Shown one piece after another: positions 50,700 to 64,000 of a DNA stretch of 64,000 nt (its first letter is position 1; each line of letters starts with the position of its first letter). The stretch is from contig OZ176053.1 of NCBI GenBank assembly GCA_964247055.1, positions 1,178,001-1,242,000 on the forward strand. The letters run 5' to 3'. The position numbers were made by a program, and so were the translations under genes. The notes under the pieces were generated by a model. It worked only from the letters and a program-made list of their open reading frames with translations. It ran no database searches and had not been told where the DNA came from. The stretch is from Paragordius varius. Its lineage: Eukaryota > Animalia > Nematomorpha.

Positions 50700-53600
50700 C
50701 TAAGTTGAAGAACCATTTAGCTGTGAAGTTATTTCTTGACCCTAAATAAGCAAAAAAATGTAGTTTTACAAATTTTAATTCGGAAAAATTTCCGTAACAT
50801 TCATAATATATGAGCAAAAGGCTATACCTGCAAATTTCGATGTTTCAAACTTTGAAATTGGATAGAATTGGTAAGAGATGGTGATTTGGTTCCTCCTTTA
50901 AACATGTTCTGAATGCGATACACAAAAGTTTCCAGAACTTTCTTGAGGGGTGGAATGTGTTTGAGCAATGTTGAGTCCTTTTTCGTCTAATTTATAAAAT
51001 GCACACGTAAATATATATACTATCCTCGCTAGATATACTTTAAAAGGAAAATTATATGATGAAATTATATATTACTTCTCAACGACCAATTAGTATCTTA
51101 ATTTCTAAAACGCTTACTTTACAATGTGTGATGACCATGTGCAAATATCGTGTAATCTCTTGCATTCCCCTTATTATGGCTTGGATTTGAGACCGTATAT
51201 CATCAGCCAACTCGCCAGAGTCCCCAAAACACTGAAGAATGTATTGTAATTCTGGCATCAACTTCACGTAAGAGTTTTCCACAAATTGGCGTCCAGTGCG
51301 GAGTGTATGTAATATGTAATGCTTATCGGGAAAGTGTTTACAAATGCGTATGAGTGTGAGAAATAATTTGCACAAAACTGCCGTTGATTGCAAAAATGTT
51401 TGAGGATATTGCAATGTTTGAGCATTCAATTGAGATTCTGACTCCTCTGACCCTGCCTGGAGAGAAGCATGAAAACCATGGTTTGAAACTTTAGTTTTAT
51501 GTCCATAGAGATTGACTAGATTCCGTGCCAGACCGATACATTCTTTCAATAGCACGTCAAAATAAACGGGAAAGAAGTGCCTGTTAACATAAAAAAATTT
51601 GTGGTAATTTGCGATATTTAAAAAACAAACTTTCAGGGAACATTTATTTTGACAACTCAAAATTTAATATGAAAATTAAAAGATTACGGAATCATGGATG
51701 GATAGGAGACAATATCTTGGGAACAAGTTGCATGTTTAGTAGTTGGAGAGATATTTTCTTTAATCGATGATTTATTTAACATATCTTGCATTTGAATGTT
51801 GATTAATTCATCAAGCACTTCCAGGGGTTCATTCGTAACAAATTTTAACCTTAATATAAAAAGCATATCAAAAATATTGAAATTTTTTCATGTTTGAAAA
51901 ACTGACGGATAAAAAATATAAACTAGTCCATTGCCGAAAGAACTGACCGAATCTGAAGATGCTTTTTCAAAATTCAGCTCAGCCACTCACCTTTATATAA
52001 AAAATCATGTCATAAACACCGGATTTGTGATGATATAAATATAGATAGAATAAAAAATTAATATATTGTTTGAATAAACTCCCATAATAATTAATGCCAA
52101 AATATTAAAGGTTAAAAGCGCCAAATCATATAATATAAAATATTTTATCAATCTTTTAGTTAGCTTGTAATCTATGTGCACATTGTTCTGGTACCATTTT
52201 AAATGTGTTAAACCAAATAGCCATGTATGGATATATATGTACGATAAAATAAGATTTACTTTAAAAGTTTAACCAACGAAGCTTCAAACATCGGTTTCGA
52301 TCCGGTCGGAAAATAAAATTTTACGTAATTTTTTGTTTCAAATTGTTCATTAACTACTTGTTCGGTAGAGTTGATTAATTGGGTAGAATGAGAATAAGGA
52401 ATGACATCTTTTGTCATTTGGTTTCGCAGCAAATAATTTTGCTGCAAACTCACGTTTATAAGTGTGGAAAATGATTGTGTTGTTAAGTTTGGGCTTTCCC
52501 GATGATCTTTATAACAACAAATTAATTATGATAAAAAACAACAATAGAGACAGTAATTAATATACTACCTACCTGATAGCTCAAACAAATCATAGAGAAA
52601 AGTGAGCACACATTCAGAAAATATGAGGGATTTTGAATTTCGGATCAAATTGCCAAAGAATTTGTATGTCACTTCTCGCCTGAATATATATGTATATATA
52701 TAGTAAAAACCTATACGGACAAAACGTAAAAATATAAAGACAAATTTTTTTCAAAAAAAAACAACCATATACTTTTAAAACCTTAATTTTTGCTATATAA
52801 AATATTTAATTACAATCCTAAACTACATAATTGATTGTGCTACCAATTTACATATCCATCTTATATATTTTGCAGTTTAGAACAATCATTTATATTTAAT
52901 AAAATTAAGATTAAAAAATTATGGTTGTCTTTATATTTTTACGTTTTGTCCGTATAATATCAATTTTTACTGTATATATGCACATACTTGTTCTCAGAGA
53001 TATCGAGCTGAGATTCATCAATACTTTTAATGCCATTCCATAAACTTTCCAATATTGATGTGTTTTCTTCAGTTAACGATAAGTGCTTGTTAATAAGTGC
53101 CATACATTTCACAATGTTGAGATTAATGTTGTAAGTAATGATAGATTCTTCCTAAAAATTTATAAAATAAATGGAAAATTTTTATTTTTAGTATTAGTTT
53201 TGGCTTGCAAATTAAAAAAAAACTGTTTTGCAAAAAAAATTATTTTTTATAAAAAATTATATAATTGGAAAAGCGAAATTCACTAATATATATTCCATTG
53301 TTGTAATATTAAAAATATATCCAAATTTAAATGTTAAATAACAACTTTGTTATTCATTATTAAAAAATTCGTTTTTTGCTACTCAGAATTATATAATCAT
53401 GGAAACCTCTGTCATTTCCGCGACCATAGATTTCTGCAATCGCCCAATAAAATTGGCGCAAACATTCTCCTCTGACCATTGATTTAATAGGGTTTTGCAT
53501 TTTGATTGGTGGGATTCTTTGGATGAGTTTTGTATTAATTTGAGTTTTTTCTGTTCCTGACTAAGGAAAAGATTTCCCTTTGTGGCAATGTTGGGTAATG

Positions 53601-56600
53601 TCATTTCCAACATATGGAGATATTCATTCAAGAGATAATCGAAATGTTTACAATCCAAGTCCTAACATAAATTTATATTAAACTAAAACTTTAAAAGAGT
53701 TAAAATAATTTTAAATAAAAATATATCTATCGTACCAGATCTGTTGAAAATAGTTCCTTAAACACAAAAATTTCGAAAGGGCGACTTAGTTTTCGCAAAC
53801 TTTTTCGAAGTTGTTCTTTGGCAAGATTATGATTCGCGCCCTTTTTATCCAGAGAACTATCATGGTTCATTCTATGTTAAGAAAAAAAATTAAAAGTAAA
53901 TGTATATTACAGGGTTCATGTCAAAAGTCAATACTTTCTCAATTTATTGTTTAATTTTTTGGACTTTAATTGTTTTTTTCGTTTGGATTCTTTCGTACTT
54001 TCTGCATCTTTCTCATGAGTTGTAGAATTAGCATCAATTAGGTGCAAATAATTTGTAATGTTTAATAAGGGAGTATTCTCGCCGTTATTTTCCTTCTCTA
54101 TGGTGTGTGAATGCAAAGGAAACAGTATTAAATAGTTTTAAACGCGTAAAAAATAAATGATTACTTGAGTTAACATATTTTCCTGAGATTTTATGGCTAC
54201 TTTCGCATTCTAATAATTGGAGATAATCTCTAAAAGTGTGAAACAACCCATTTTTATTACCATGATTGTTGTGATTAAAATTGTTTGTTAACGATAATTT
54301 TTTATGCGCAGGAGGCAAAGTTATGCTGTTAAGAATTTCACAATGAACTTTTTCCAACGAATAAAAGGTGGGATAGAGTTCAAGTTGATCTGAATATTCT
54401 TACAAAAGAAATCATAAAAATATGAATCAAACTTTACAGTAAAAACCGAAATTATACGGACAAAACTTAAAAATATAAAGACAAATATTTCATTACTAAA
54501 AGACAACCATACTTTTTAAAACTTAATTTTTCTAAATATAACGTCTTGTTTCAAACTATAAGTATGAGATAACGATGTTTATTGATAACACAACCCATTA
54601 TAAAATTTGGAATTTAAAACAACCAGATATATTAAAATAGTTTAATTTAAGAAGCATGGTTAGAAAAAAATGTTTGTCTTTATATTTTTACGTTTTGTCC
54701 GTATAATTTCAATTTTTATTGTATTTAGTAAATACCACTACACAATCTACCATTTAAATCTATAAATGTGTTAATATATATTTGAATAAACTACCGATAG
54801 TTATATCCAAAAAATTAACCAAATCTAGGAAAGATTGAAATTATCTTAATCATTGCTGCAAATATTTCCGTAAAATATAGTACTTTGAAGAGCATTTATG
54901 ATGTATTCTTCAATTTCCATTAGAGTACCTAATCTTTCAATCAAAACTTGTTTGAGCTTTAAGTGTATGGATAAATGACAACAACCATTAATAATCTAAC
55001 GTTAAAGAAAGTGTAAGAAACCTCTCGATACCAATCGGAAGCGATTTGCAAGAAACTCAAACAACATTGAATTCGTTCCAAATTATTTTTAATTTCCTTT
55101 CTGTTTTCAATGCCAGTTTGTGAAATATCAAAAGTTGTTCCCTCCTCGTCACACAGTGTAGGTCCAACTTAATAGGACAAGGAAAGCGTTAAAAGATATA
55201 AATACCCACCATTATTCAATGTTTGCCCTTGAGATATTATTTCAAAAATATGTTGTAATTCAGTATCAGTTGATTCAAAAGACACCCCTAAGCCTAAAAA
55301 GGGGAATATTACATCCAGTCGATTTGCCTTCAATGCTAAAAACAAACGAATGAAACAGGCATATATATATATGAATATTAAAATGCAAACAAACCATGTT
55401 TCCATATGCCGCGGAATAAATAAATAGGTTCCAAATTTATAAAGGTATCTGTGTGATCTTGAAAACTATTATTGCTTATATTTTTAGGTGTCGTCGGGCT
55501 AAAGTTTATGGTCATATTTGAAATATCTGGGTTAAGCAAAGGCGTTTTATTAGGTTTTTCCTTATTTTTTTCAGTCATTTCTCTCAAGGCTTCCTCCAAA
55601 ACCTTCCTATGACGGGGTTTCAATTCAAACAACAATAAATTATTATTTTCAGTTTGTGATGATTGTGACATTATTAAGTATTTGGCCAATAAATTGTTGA
55701 ACCATTCTAGTGAGAAAGAAGAGTTAAATTTTTCATTTGTGGTCAGAATGTCTAAAATAAGTATTTTGTGGATGTTTGAGAGAGAATCCGTGCTCATCAA
55801 ATTGGATAAAAATCTGAAGCATTCCATAGAAGCTATGTTTTGCTTTGCATCCATTTTCTCACTTAAATAAAATAGTTTGCGTTTAAAAAATCATTTTTTA
55901 AATTTACAATTTGCTATAACTAATACTTTTGGGAGAGGGAATCGTTAACATATAAATAAGCCGCTTGTATTAAGGCATAGAGCGTAAAACAACATGAGTT
56001 TCCATAACTGTTATTGTTGCCATTTAATAAAGCCAATTTGCAAAACTTCGTATTATTGGTTTCACTTGGATTTAAATTTTCAGTTAGAACGATATCGTCA
56101 GAACAAAGTTGAGTTATATTAAGATTAAGGGCCTGGCCTAAAAAATCAAATTGTCGCATAAATTGGGACAGAGGAGATAATTTTGAAAGTTTTGGTGGAT
56201 GGCAAAGGCATTTAAGAAGTGTGAAGAGATGTGGATACATTGATAGGGGTAGTTTGACAGATATATCTATAACTTTCTAGTAAGAAAAGCAAAAAGAAGA
56301 AATTAGAAATATAAGAGAAGAATATCGAAAACTAACTACGAAACCTGTCTATAATCTTGTAGTAATGAGCCATCTTCTGAAGAATCAAATAGATTGTCCA
56401 TTAAATGAGTGTTGAGCCTATTATTATGATCACAACAAGGTGGAATGGTGGATGAGATTAAATGCGTTAGCAATCCAAGTAGGTGATATGTTGAATCAAT
56501 GCTCTTCGTGCAAGTAATTGCCTCAAATAAGGCCAGTAAACATTTCTACGAACGGTCATTCATTAATCAAAATAAATAACGTTTTAAGTTAAATCGAAAA

Positions 56601-58779
56601 AGTATATACCATTTACAGTTCAAATTGACCCTTGAACAATTCAAATTCACCCTAAAAATAAATTATGTGTTTTCGAACTAATATAACTCTTTATTAATAT
56701 GAAATATATCTTTATGACATAGTTTATTATTTTTTCAGTATTATTTTAATTTAATACAAAATTTTTATTTTTTAGAAATATATAAAAATATTGGTAATTT
56801 TTAATCTTAAAAAACATATATTTTAGTTAGGGGTGAATTTGAATTGTTCAAGGGTGAATTTGAATCGTTTAAAGGTGAATTTGAATTGTAAATGGTATAT
56901 ATATATGCTAACTTGTTTGATAATATTGGCTACATCTTTGGCTTGCATAATGCTCACATAAAAATATACTCCAAAGTTCCCATCGAAATTGCTAACATTT
57001 TCATTTTCCATTTCCCTGTGATGAGTCGAACTGGGTTTGCTTTTTTTACCTATAAAATTAAATGTAATAAAAAGAAATTAGTAAGCAATTATTAATCATG
57101 CCGAATAAAAACAATATCAATCATATAAATAGGACCTAGAATAACAATATTTAAAAATATTTTAAACATCATATGTATAAAAAAATAATTAGTGGAGACT
57201 TTCTTACTATTTAAATAAATTTGTCTGGCTAATAGTTCGGTCGAATCTAAAAATCGTTCCAAAAGATTGGGGAAAAATTGGAAAAAATCATGCCATAAAG
57301 TTGTTTTAAAGACATTTTTTCCTACTGAGTTGTTCTTTATATTTTGTTCAGTTTGATCGCTTTGTAAAGATTTGATATTCTCAGCCGGTTTTAATCCAGC
57401 CTCCTGGGCCAACACTAAAATAAGCAAATCCAAAATCTGTTTTCCACGAATCGCAAAAATTAAAATTAGTCTTTTAGTTCTTTCTTGACTCAAAAAATAT
57501 AATATAAATTACATGTAGAGACGATGAGGGAGAGCTTGTATAAACGTGAGCACTTTTTTGCATTATAAAGCGTCCAACATTGATTGAAGTTTTAAACAAA
57601 TTCAAAAATGTTTCTGCGATTCGGAGAAAACTAAAAAGAGTTACCATTTTAAAGTTATTAATGAAATAAAGTATTATAATTTAACACAAACCATTTATTA
57701 CGCATATTTAGATTTTGTTCATCATTGTTTGATGTCATAATAAATATTCTTTTATTTTCGGCACACAGAGCTTGGTAAAATTGATTGTAGATTCGTTCTA
57801 TTCGGTTAAATGTTTCAATTGGGATTTCAAAAGAAGTTTCATTGTTTTTGCCATCTTTAGAAAAGACATTCACACTTTTGAGTGATTGATTTTTAAGATA
57901 TGACAACACATATTGTGTAATTAAATTTAGGGCTAAAATGTGTTCATTCTCCGTCAAATCCAGTTGGGGAATAATTTTGATCAAAGGAGTCAAAATCTTA
58001 TTTTCTAACAAATTTTCCAATTTTCGTGACAAATCAGATTGATGAGAGTCGTTAGTTTCGATATTATTTGAAGTTATTTGCGCCTCAAACGTTGAAAGAC
58101 ACAAAATTAATTGTTCGACAAGATCAAAGCCATATATCTCACCCATACTTTCAAATATTACACTACTATAGAAGCAATTATATACCCAATATTTTCTATA
58201 ATAAGTAAAGCCGTATCATTTCTGTTTAAGATTTCGGGTAAAATTAATAAAAAATCTTTTTGTAAAATAGGATCTAAGTGCCGAAAATTGTGAAACAAAA
58301 TTGATACAAATTTCTGCGGATAAACGATATTATAAAACTTTTTCATCATATATAAAATTTGTATTTCGAATAGCATTGATTAGATTAGCATGTCCCTGTT
58401 TTGAAGCGTGAGAAATGATATACTGTAGAAGAATTGGTTGAAATTTGAAATTACCTAAAAGTATGGATGCGATCGAATGCATAGTTTCTCTATAATTAAA
58501 ACTTAAAATACTCATTCCCAAAAACAATCGGATTAAACAATTTATTAAATTGAGAAGCAACAAAATTTTCCGCTTCCTCGGCTAACTTATTATCAGTGAA
58601 ATCGTAAGTGTCCAATATTTCAATAAAATTTTCAATGTTCCCTTATATATTATATTATCCAAAAAACCTCTAATTATACGCGGTTCAGATAAGTCAAAAT
58701 AGTGCTTAAAAAACTTTTCTACAGAATTCTCCGAATAAGTCCCTTTGACTGATGATGTTGTTTTCGTCAATCTCACCAT
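50700..58779 (-). CDS. FANCD2: Fanconi anemia group D2 protein, multi-exon, copy 2 (5' end uncertain)
   Basis: Same exon series as copy 1; stop TAG at 50700-02. The apparent break at ~58160 is repaired by a 20-nt GT-AG intron (58166-58185). Integrity around 51880-52250 not resolved. Confidence 0.88.
52701..52972. mobile_element. MITE family A in FANCD2 copy 2 intron
   Basis: Orthologous to 27564-27802. Confidence 0.85.
54437..54721. mobile_element. MITE family A in FANCD2 copy 2 intron
   Basis: Near-identical to 29248-29532. Confidence 0.88.
56609..56895. mobile_element. MITE family B in FANCD2 copy 2 intron
   Basis: Near-identical to 31444-31730. Confidence 0.88.
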
Positions 58780-59199
58780 AAGAATTTAAACGATGTGGGA
58801 TTATTTCATGTGTTTTTGTGGGCTTAAAAAATTACTTATCAAGACGATCTTGACCGAATCGCCTGAAATAATCATAATCAAAAGAGATGGTTTAAATGAA
58901 CTTGTGCGTTCCATGTGCAAAATTTTAAATATATCATATTTGTTGCAGGGAATACATTTTAGCGCATGTATATAAAATAAATTAAACTATTCCAGCAATT
59001 CCGCTGATAAAATAGATAAAGAGAGCATATAATAAGGAATTGAGCTGGCAAAAAAAAGCAAAATTAATTAAAACAAAAACCTAAAAACACGCCTAGGTGT
59101 CCATAAAATTATTAGTTTCTGTAATTTGCAATTTGGAACACCAGAGTACATATATGGATGTATTAGTAAATCTAAGCGCCTATGATTGCAATCAGAAAA

Positions 59200-59985
59200 A
59201 AATTTATATAGGAAGGCTGGTGGGAAAAGCAAATTTGAAGGCTTTGGGCCTTCTTCTCCTATGGTAACCAGGGATCAGGACGTGAATCAAGACTATCAAC
59301 CAAGGATTGTTACGTGAATCAAAGAGCGGAAAGGATCTTTTACGAGGTAAATGTATTTTTTAGGTGTAATGGGATAAACTCCGCGGGAAAAGCGTACATT
59401 GCGGAATCCAGAAGCCGTGGACAGATCAAATGCTGGGGATTTGGGACTGGACGATTGATGGAGCGACACAGGAAGAGGAACCTACTAATTACGAGGTAAT
59501 CTTAATTTTTAGGTCTGGGTCGACTTTGGCACATTGGGAGGAGGGATCTGTTGGGATTGGGCTCTTAGGAACGCCCAGATGGGGAGAAGGCAAATCGTGC
59601 CTGGAGCGGATGGATGGCAAGACGCAATAAAGGATCTCATTCGGGATGATTGCACAACAAACTCTCATTATCCTTGTGGAGAGTTTTTGGGCGAACAGGC
59701 TCTCTAATGGGAGGAATAAATCCTCTCTTTCACAAGGGTGGGAAAATCAGCTCTTATTATTTGGAAGGAGTTGTTTTCCTAACTTGTGTGAAGCAGGAGG
59801 ATTTATTTGTCCCATTAAAGAGTCTTTTGCCCAAATACTCTCCACAAGTATAGTGAGAGTTTGAGTCAGGCCCCTAAGTCCAAAATTTTAATTTGAGCAC
59901 TCTTACTCCCGGACGCTCAAAAAAAAATTTTGGACTTAGAATATTTTTTAATTTTTTTTTTCGCCCTTGGGGGGGGGGGGGGTAA
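59200..59985 (+). other. Second copy of GC-rich island (17-nt inserts at 59347-59363 and 59496-59512; hairpin at 59658-59863)
   Basis: Colinear with 34040-34810; both 17-nt inserts are identical between copies. Confidence 0.45.
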
Positions 59986-61096
59986 TATATATTTATTGAT
60001 ATTTTTTAATTTTTTTTCAATAAAAAACATATTTAGACAACATTTATTGAATAATTTATATAAAAAATATTAATTTTCCGTGATATATTTATTCTTGTCT
60101 GGTTAGGTTATTCTTTCTGTCCATTTGTTGTTTATAAATTATCAAAATGATTCTTGATTTCTGTCGATTGGTTGTATTTGTTTATAGAATATCGTAACTA
60201 ATGTTTGATCGTATTTTCTGATCTATAAAATATTAATAGATAAAATTTAATGTAATGAATACAAATAATTATTAAAATTTTTAAGATATTTTAGCATTTT
60301 GTTAAGAATAGCGATTATATTAATCAGCTGTTTTTGCTTGTTTTTAGCCTGATTGTGGTTCAAGTAAATCTTTTTAAATATTAAAACCTCAATAAACCTA
60401 AAATTTAATATTATATAAATTAAAAATTACAAGTAATAATAGCGCGCTTTTATCCTTATAAATGTGTCGGTTGAGGGCTTTTAAGTAAAATTTAACTTTA
60501 TAATCAAAATGATATTTTTGAGAGAGCGGTTTTTAATACTAATTTAGGTGATTTGTATCAAAGTATAAGAGTTTTTTAATAAAATTTAGCGGTTCTTAAA
60601 AAGATATCTGATTTTGTCATAAATTGGTGGTTCTTTAATAAATTTTAGTGGTTTTTTCAAGAAAACTGCTTTTTTCAAATAAACCTTCACGATTTTTAAC
60701 CAAAAATAGTGTTTTTTAAATAAAATAGCTATTAAAAAAATCTGGTGTTTTTTAATCATTTGGCTGATTTTAAAAAAATATATTAAAAAATCTTGTTTAG
60801 TTTTTTATGAGAATATAGTAATAGTATTTTGGATAAGTATATATTCTCTAAACTAAAACAATTACATTATTTATGTAATTTCAAGATTATCAAAATTTTC
60901 TTATTAAATGTACTATTTTTGAAATATTGTAAATAAGACCTAAACCAAAATATTTAAAGTTTAAAGATATCAGACGTTTTTATCCAAATTGTGGTTTTTA
61001 AAAAGAAAATTTTATGGTTTTAGGAAATTTAATTTTTTATGTTGCAAACTCAAAAACCCAAACAACCCATATATAAATTAATATAAAGAAATGCAT

Positions 61097-61203
61097 GAGT
61101 CTCGGCCTGCTTCGCAGACCGAGGAGTCCTGCGGACTTCTTTAAGATAATGAACCAACTCCAATCCCTCACCCTAACCCTAGCCCACAATCTCGAAACCC
61201 TTA
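61097..61203 (-). repeat. G-quadruplex plus double-hairpin element, inverted copy within a segment absent from duplication copy 1
   Basis: Reverse complement of 46739-46846 with few substitutions. Confidence 0.85.
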
Positions 61204-63539
61204 AAGTTTAAATCAAAATTGATATAAATTTTACTCAAAACGGTAACAAAAACAGCTGAAAACGAATAATTACATAATATATTATGCTATATAGAACACA
61301 CTGAAAATAAAAGAAAAATTGGATTAAATTGCGAATTTTATTAAGAAAAATTAATATGTATTGTTGTAAAAATCGAGCGGCTTTTAAATGGAAATAAAAA
61401 ATTTAAAAAAACAAACTTAGCTCTTTTTTAAAATAAAATTAGGTGTTTTTATATATGATTAGTTGTTTTTCAGAAATAAACCTTAGATTTTAGCGGTTTT
61501 AAAGTGTGACTCAACAGTTTTTTAATATTTAGCTGTTTTTTAAAAATCGGATTTTAAAAAGGTTAAGTATCTTAGAATTTAGCGATTTTTAATAAAAAAA
61601 ATTTATCGGTTTCGTAAAAAACTTAACAGTTTTTTAACAAAAAAATAGGGTTTTTTTTAATAAAAAATAGGTTTTATATATAAAATTAAAAAAAGATTTG
61701 TTGAGATTTATAAAATATCAGCTAATTTAAAAAGATTTAGTAATTGTTAAATATATAACGGTTTAAAAGAATTGTGTTGATCAATTTAGCAGTTTTCGTA
61801 AATAATTTAGAGGTTTTATGATAGCTATTTGCAGTTTTAGAAATATTTAGCTAGGTTTCAATAATGATTAGCTATTTTTAAAAAACTCTTATTATTTAGC
61901 GGTTTTAAATAATGATTTAACGGTTTTTAAAAATAAATTAGCGGTTTTAAAGAGAATTGTGGATTTTAATAATTATTGGTGGTTAAATTTAGTGGTTTTT
62001 CAATATATAATATTTTGTTAAAAAACCTCAGCAGTTTTTTGATAAAAATTTAGTATTTCTTAGATTTGCGGTTGTTTAAAAGTTTAACGGTTTTTAATAA
62101 AAAAAAATTTATGATAAATAAAAGAATAATAAAATTTAGCGGTTTTTATGAGAAAAATATGTATTGATATATATTAGCGGTTTATAAAACGTATTTAGAG
62201 GTTTTTATATCAATGTTACAATTGGCGTTTTAAAAGAAATATATCCTGTATTTATGTTGGTGGTTTTTCAATAAAATTTAGTGGTTCCAAAAATCTTTAA
62301 TGGGTTTTTTAAATTCAAATAATCCTCTTTTTTAATATTGTGGTTTTTAGAAAGTTTTACCAATTTTTATCTAATAATTTGTTTATTATTTGATGTTAAA
62401 TCAAATAAATGAATAAAATAAAAAATAATTGATTTATTCATCACAGTTGTTCCTTTTAAAATACAAACAACAGTCAATAAAGCCACCTGTTTTTACTTAG
62501 TCAGCCGTTTAGAATCAAGTGTTTATAATTAATACAGCCATTAAAGTTATTCTTATTTAAATGATGAAGACAGCTGTTTTAGTATATTTAATTAGATTGT
62601 TAAATCAACCGTTTTTTTTCAAAAGCATGCGATTAATAAACAGATTAATAAAACCAATGATTTAATATAACAGCTGATTAATTAAAAATCTGATTAACTA
62701 AATAGACTGATCTATTAAAAAAACTTATTAAATAAACATGTGGTTAATAAAAACAATGATTAATAAAAAATTATAAAAGAACCTTAATATGAACACTTGG
62801 GGTTTCAAAAACCGATTAATAAAATACAAATAATAATTACCAAATTTCAAAATAATCGATTTTCCTGATCAGATTTTGGGCAAATAACTGAGGCAACCAA
62901 CAAATTCTAAATTAAAAAAATGAAAATATATATATTAAAATAAATTTTTTTTAAAAAGGGCCAATAATGTAATTTATAAATAAAGGATTAATTTTAACTC
63001 TTTTGCAGAAAATGTTAGCAGATTTCAAAGAGTTGTTTTAAAAGAATATTAGCAGTTTTAAAAAAAATTTACTAGTTTTACAAGAATTTACCTGTTTTAA
63101 AAAAAATTTAGCGCTGTTGTAGATTTTAAAAAAAAATCTAAAAAGTTTTGCGGTTCTTTTAAATTATCCTTATTATTTTTTGAAAGTAATCGTTGTTCAT
63201 ATAATAAATAAATTAATAGGAGAAAATAATTGATTACAATGGAGACAGCTGTTTTAATTAAAAATGATTTGTGTATGTCAACCGCCTTTTTATAAAACAA
63301 GTAATTTAAAATAACAGATTAATAAAACAACTGATTAATAAAAAAAATGACTGATAAAAATAACTAAAAAACAGTTGATTAATAAAACCAAAACTCATTA
63401 AACAATAAAAAAATTTAATTAATGATTAAAAATGATGAAAAACAACTGATATAAACAGCTGATTAATAAAGAGAAAACAAATTAAACAAAAAAAATAAAA
63501 TAACTAAAACAAATGATTAAAAAGAAATGATTTAGCTAA

Positions 63540-64000
63540 TTAAACAGCTGATTAAAATCAACGATTAAAATCAACTGATTAATTAAAACAACTAATTAAA
63601 AACAACTAATTAAAAACAACCGATTAAAAACAACTGACTAATTAAAACATCTGATTAATTAAAACATCTGATTAATTAAAACATATGATTAATTAAAACT
63701 TTTGATTAAATAAAACAACAGATTAATTAAACAACTGACTAATTAAAACAACTGACTAATTAAAACAACTGACTAATTAAAACAACTGATAATTAAAAAC
63801 TGACTAATTAAAACAACTGATAAATTAAAACAACTGATTAATTAAAACAAAGGTTAATTAAAACAAATGATTTAAACAACTGGTTAAAAACAACTATATA
63901 AAAACAGCTGATTAATAAAAAGAAAACTCATTAAACGATAAAAAATAATTTATTAAAACAAATGATTAAAAACAAAAGATTTAAAAACTGAATAAAACAA
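63540..64000. repeat. ~17-bp minisatellite, copy 2
   Basis: Matches 37900-38400 with a different unit number in the AACAACTAATTAA run. Confidence 0.9.

Larger units (their letters stand above)
49920..64000. repeat. Segmental duplication, copy 2 (runs off the window end)
   Basis: Colinear with 25060-38400. Private features: MITE at 50050-50341, ~600-bp extra segment at ~61014-61620, ~95-bp deletion near 60460. Confidence 0.97.

Overview
Very AT-rich eukaryotic (most likely metazoan) genomic DNA, dense in transposon relics and MITEs. The host uses extremely short GT-AG introns (20-28 nt) alongside 60-100 nt and MITE-expanded introns, which suggests a tiny-intron parasitic invertebrate such as a myxozoan (inference only). 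Contents: (i) 1-19 kb of MITEs plus mariner, RTE, Helitron and hAT relics; (ii) a secreted chitin-binding (CBM14) gene at 19255-20340; (iii) a near-intact Buster-type hAT at 21425-23872; (iv) a segmental duplication offset by ~25 kb (about 25060-38400+ vs 49920-64000+). Each duplicate carries a multi-exon FANCD2 on the minus strand, a convergent terminal exon, a GC-rich island with two 17-nt intron-like inserts and a 206-nt hairpin, and a satellite domain. Other elements are an IS630/Tc1 element (38954-40914) whose transposase becomes one intact 395-aa ORF after removing four phase-1 micro-introns (26/24/23/22 nt), a dispersed ~110-nt G-quadruplex plus double GNA-triloop hairpin element, and a NUP98 autopeptidase-domain fragment. 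All homology calls were made by eye from remembered motifs; no searches were run. No rRNA, tRNA or CRISPR array was recognised.
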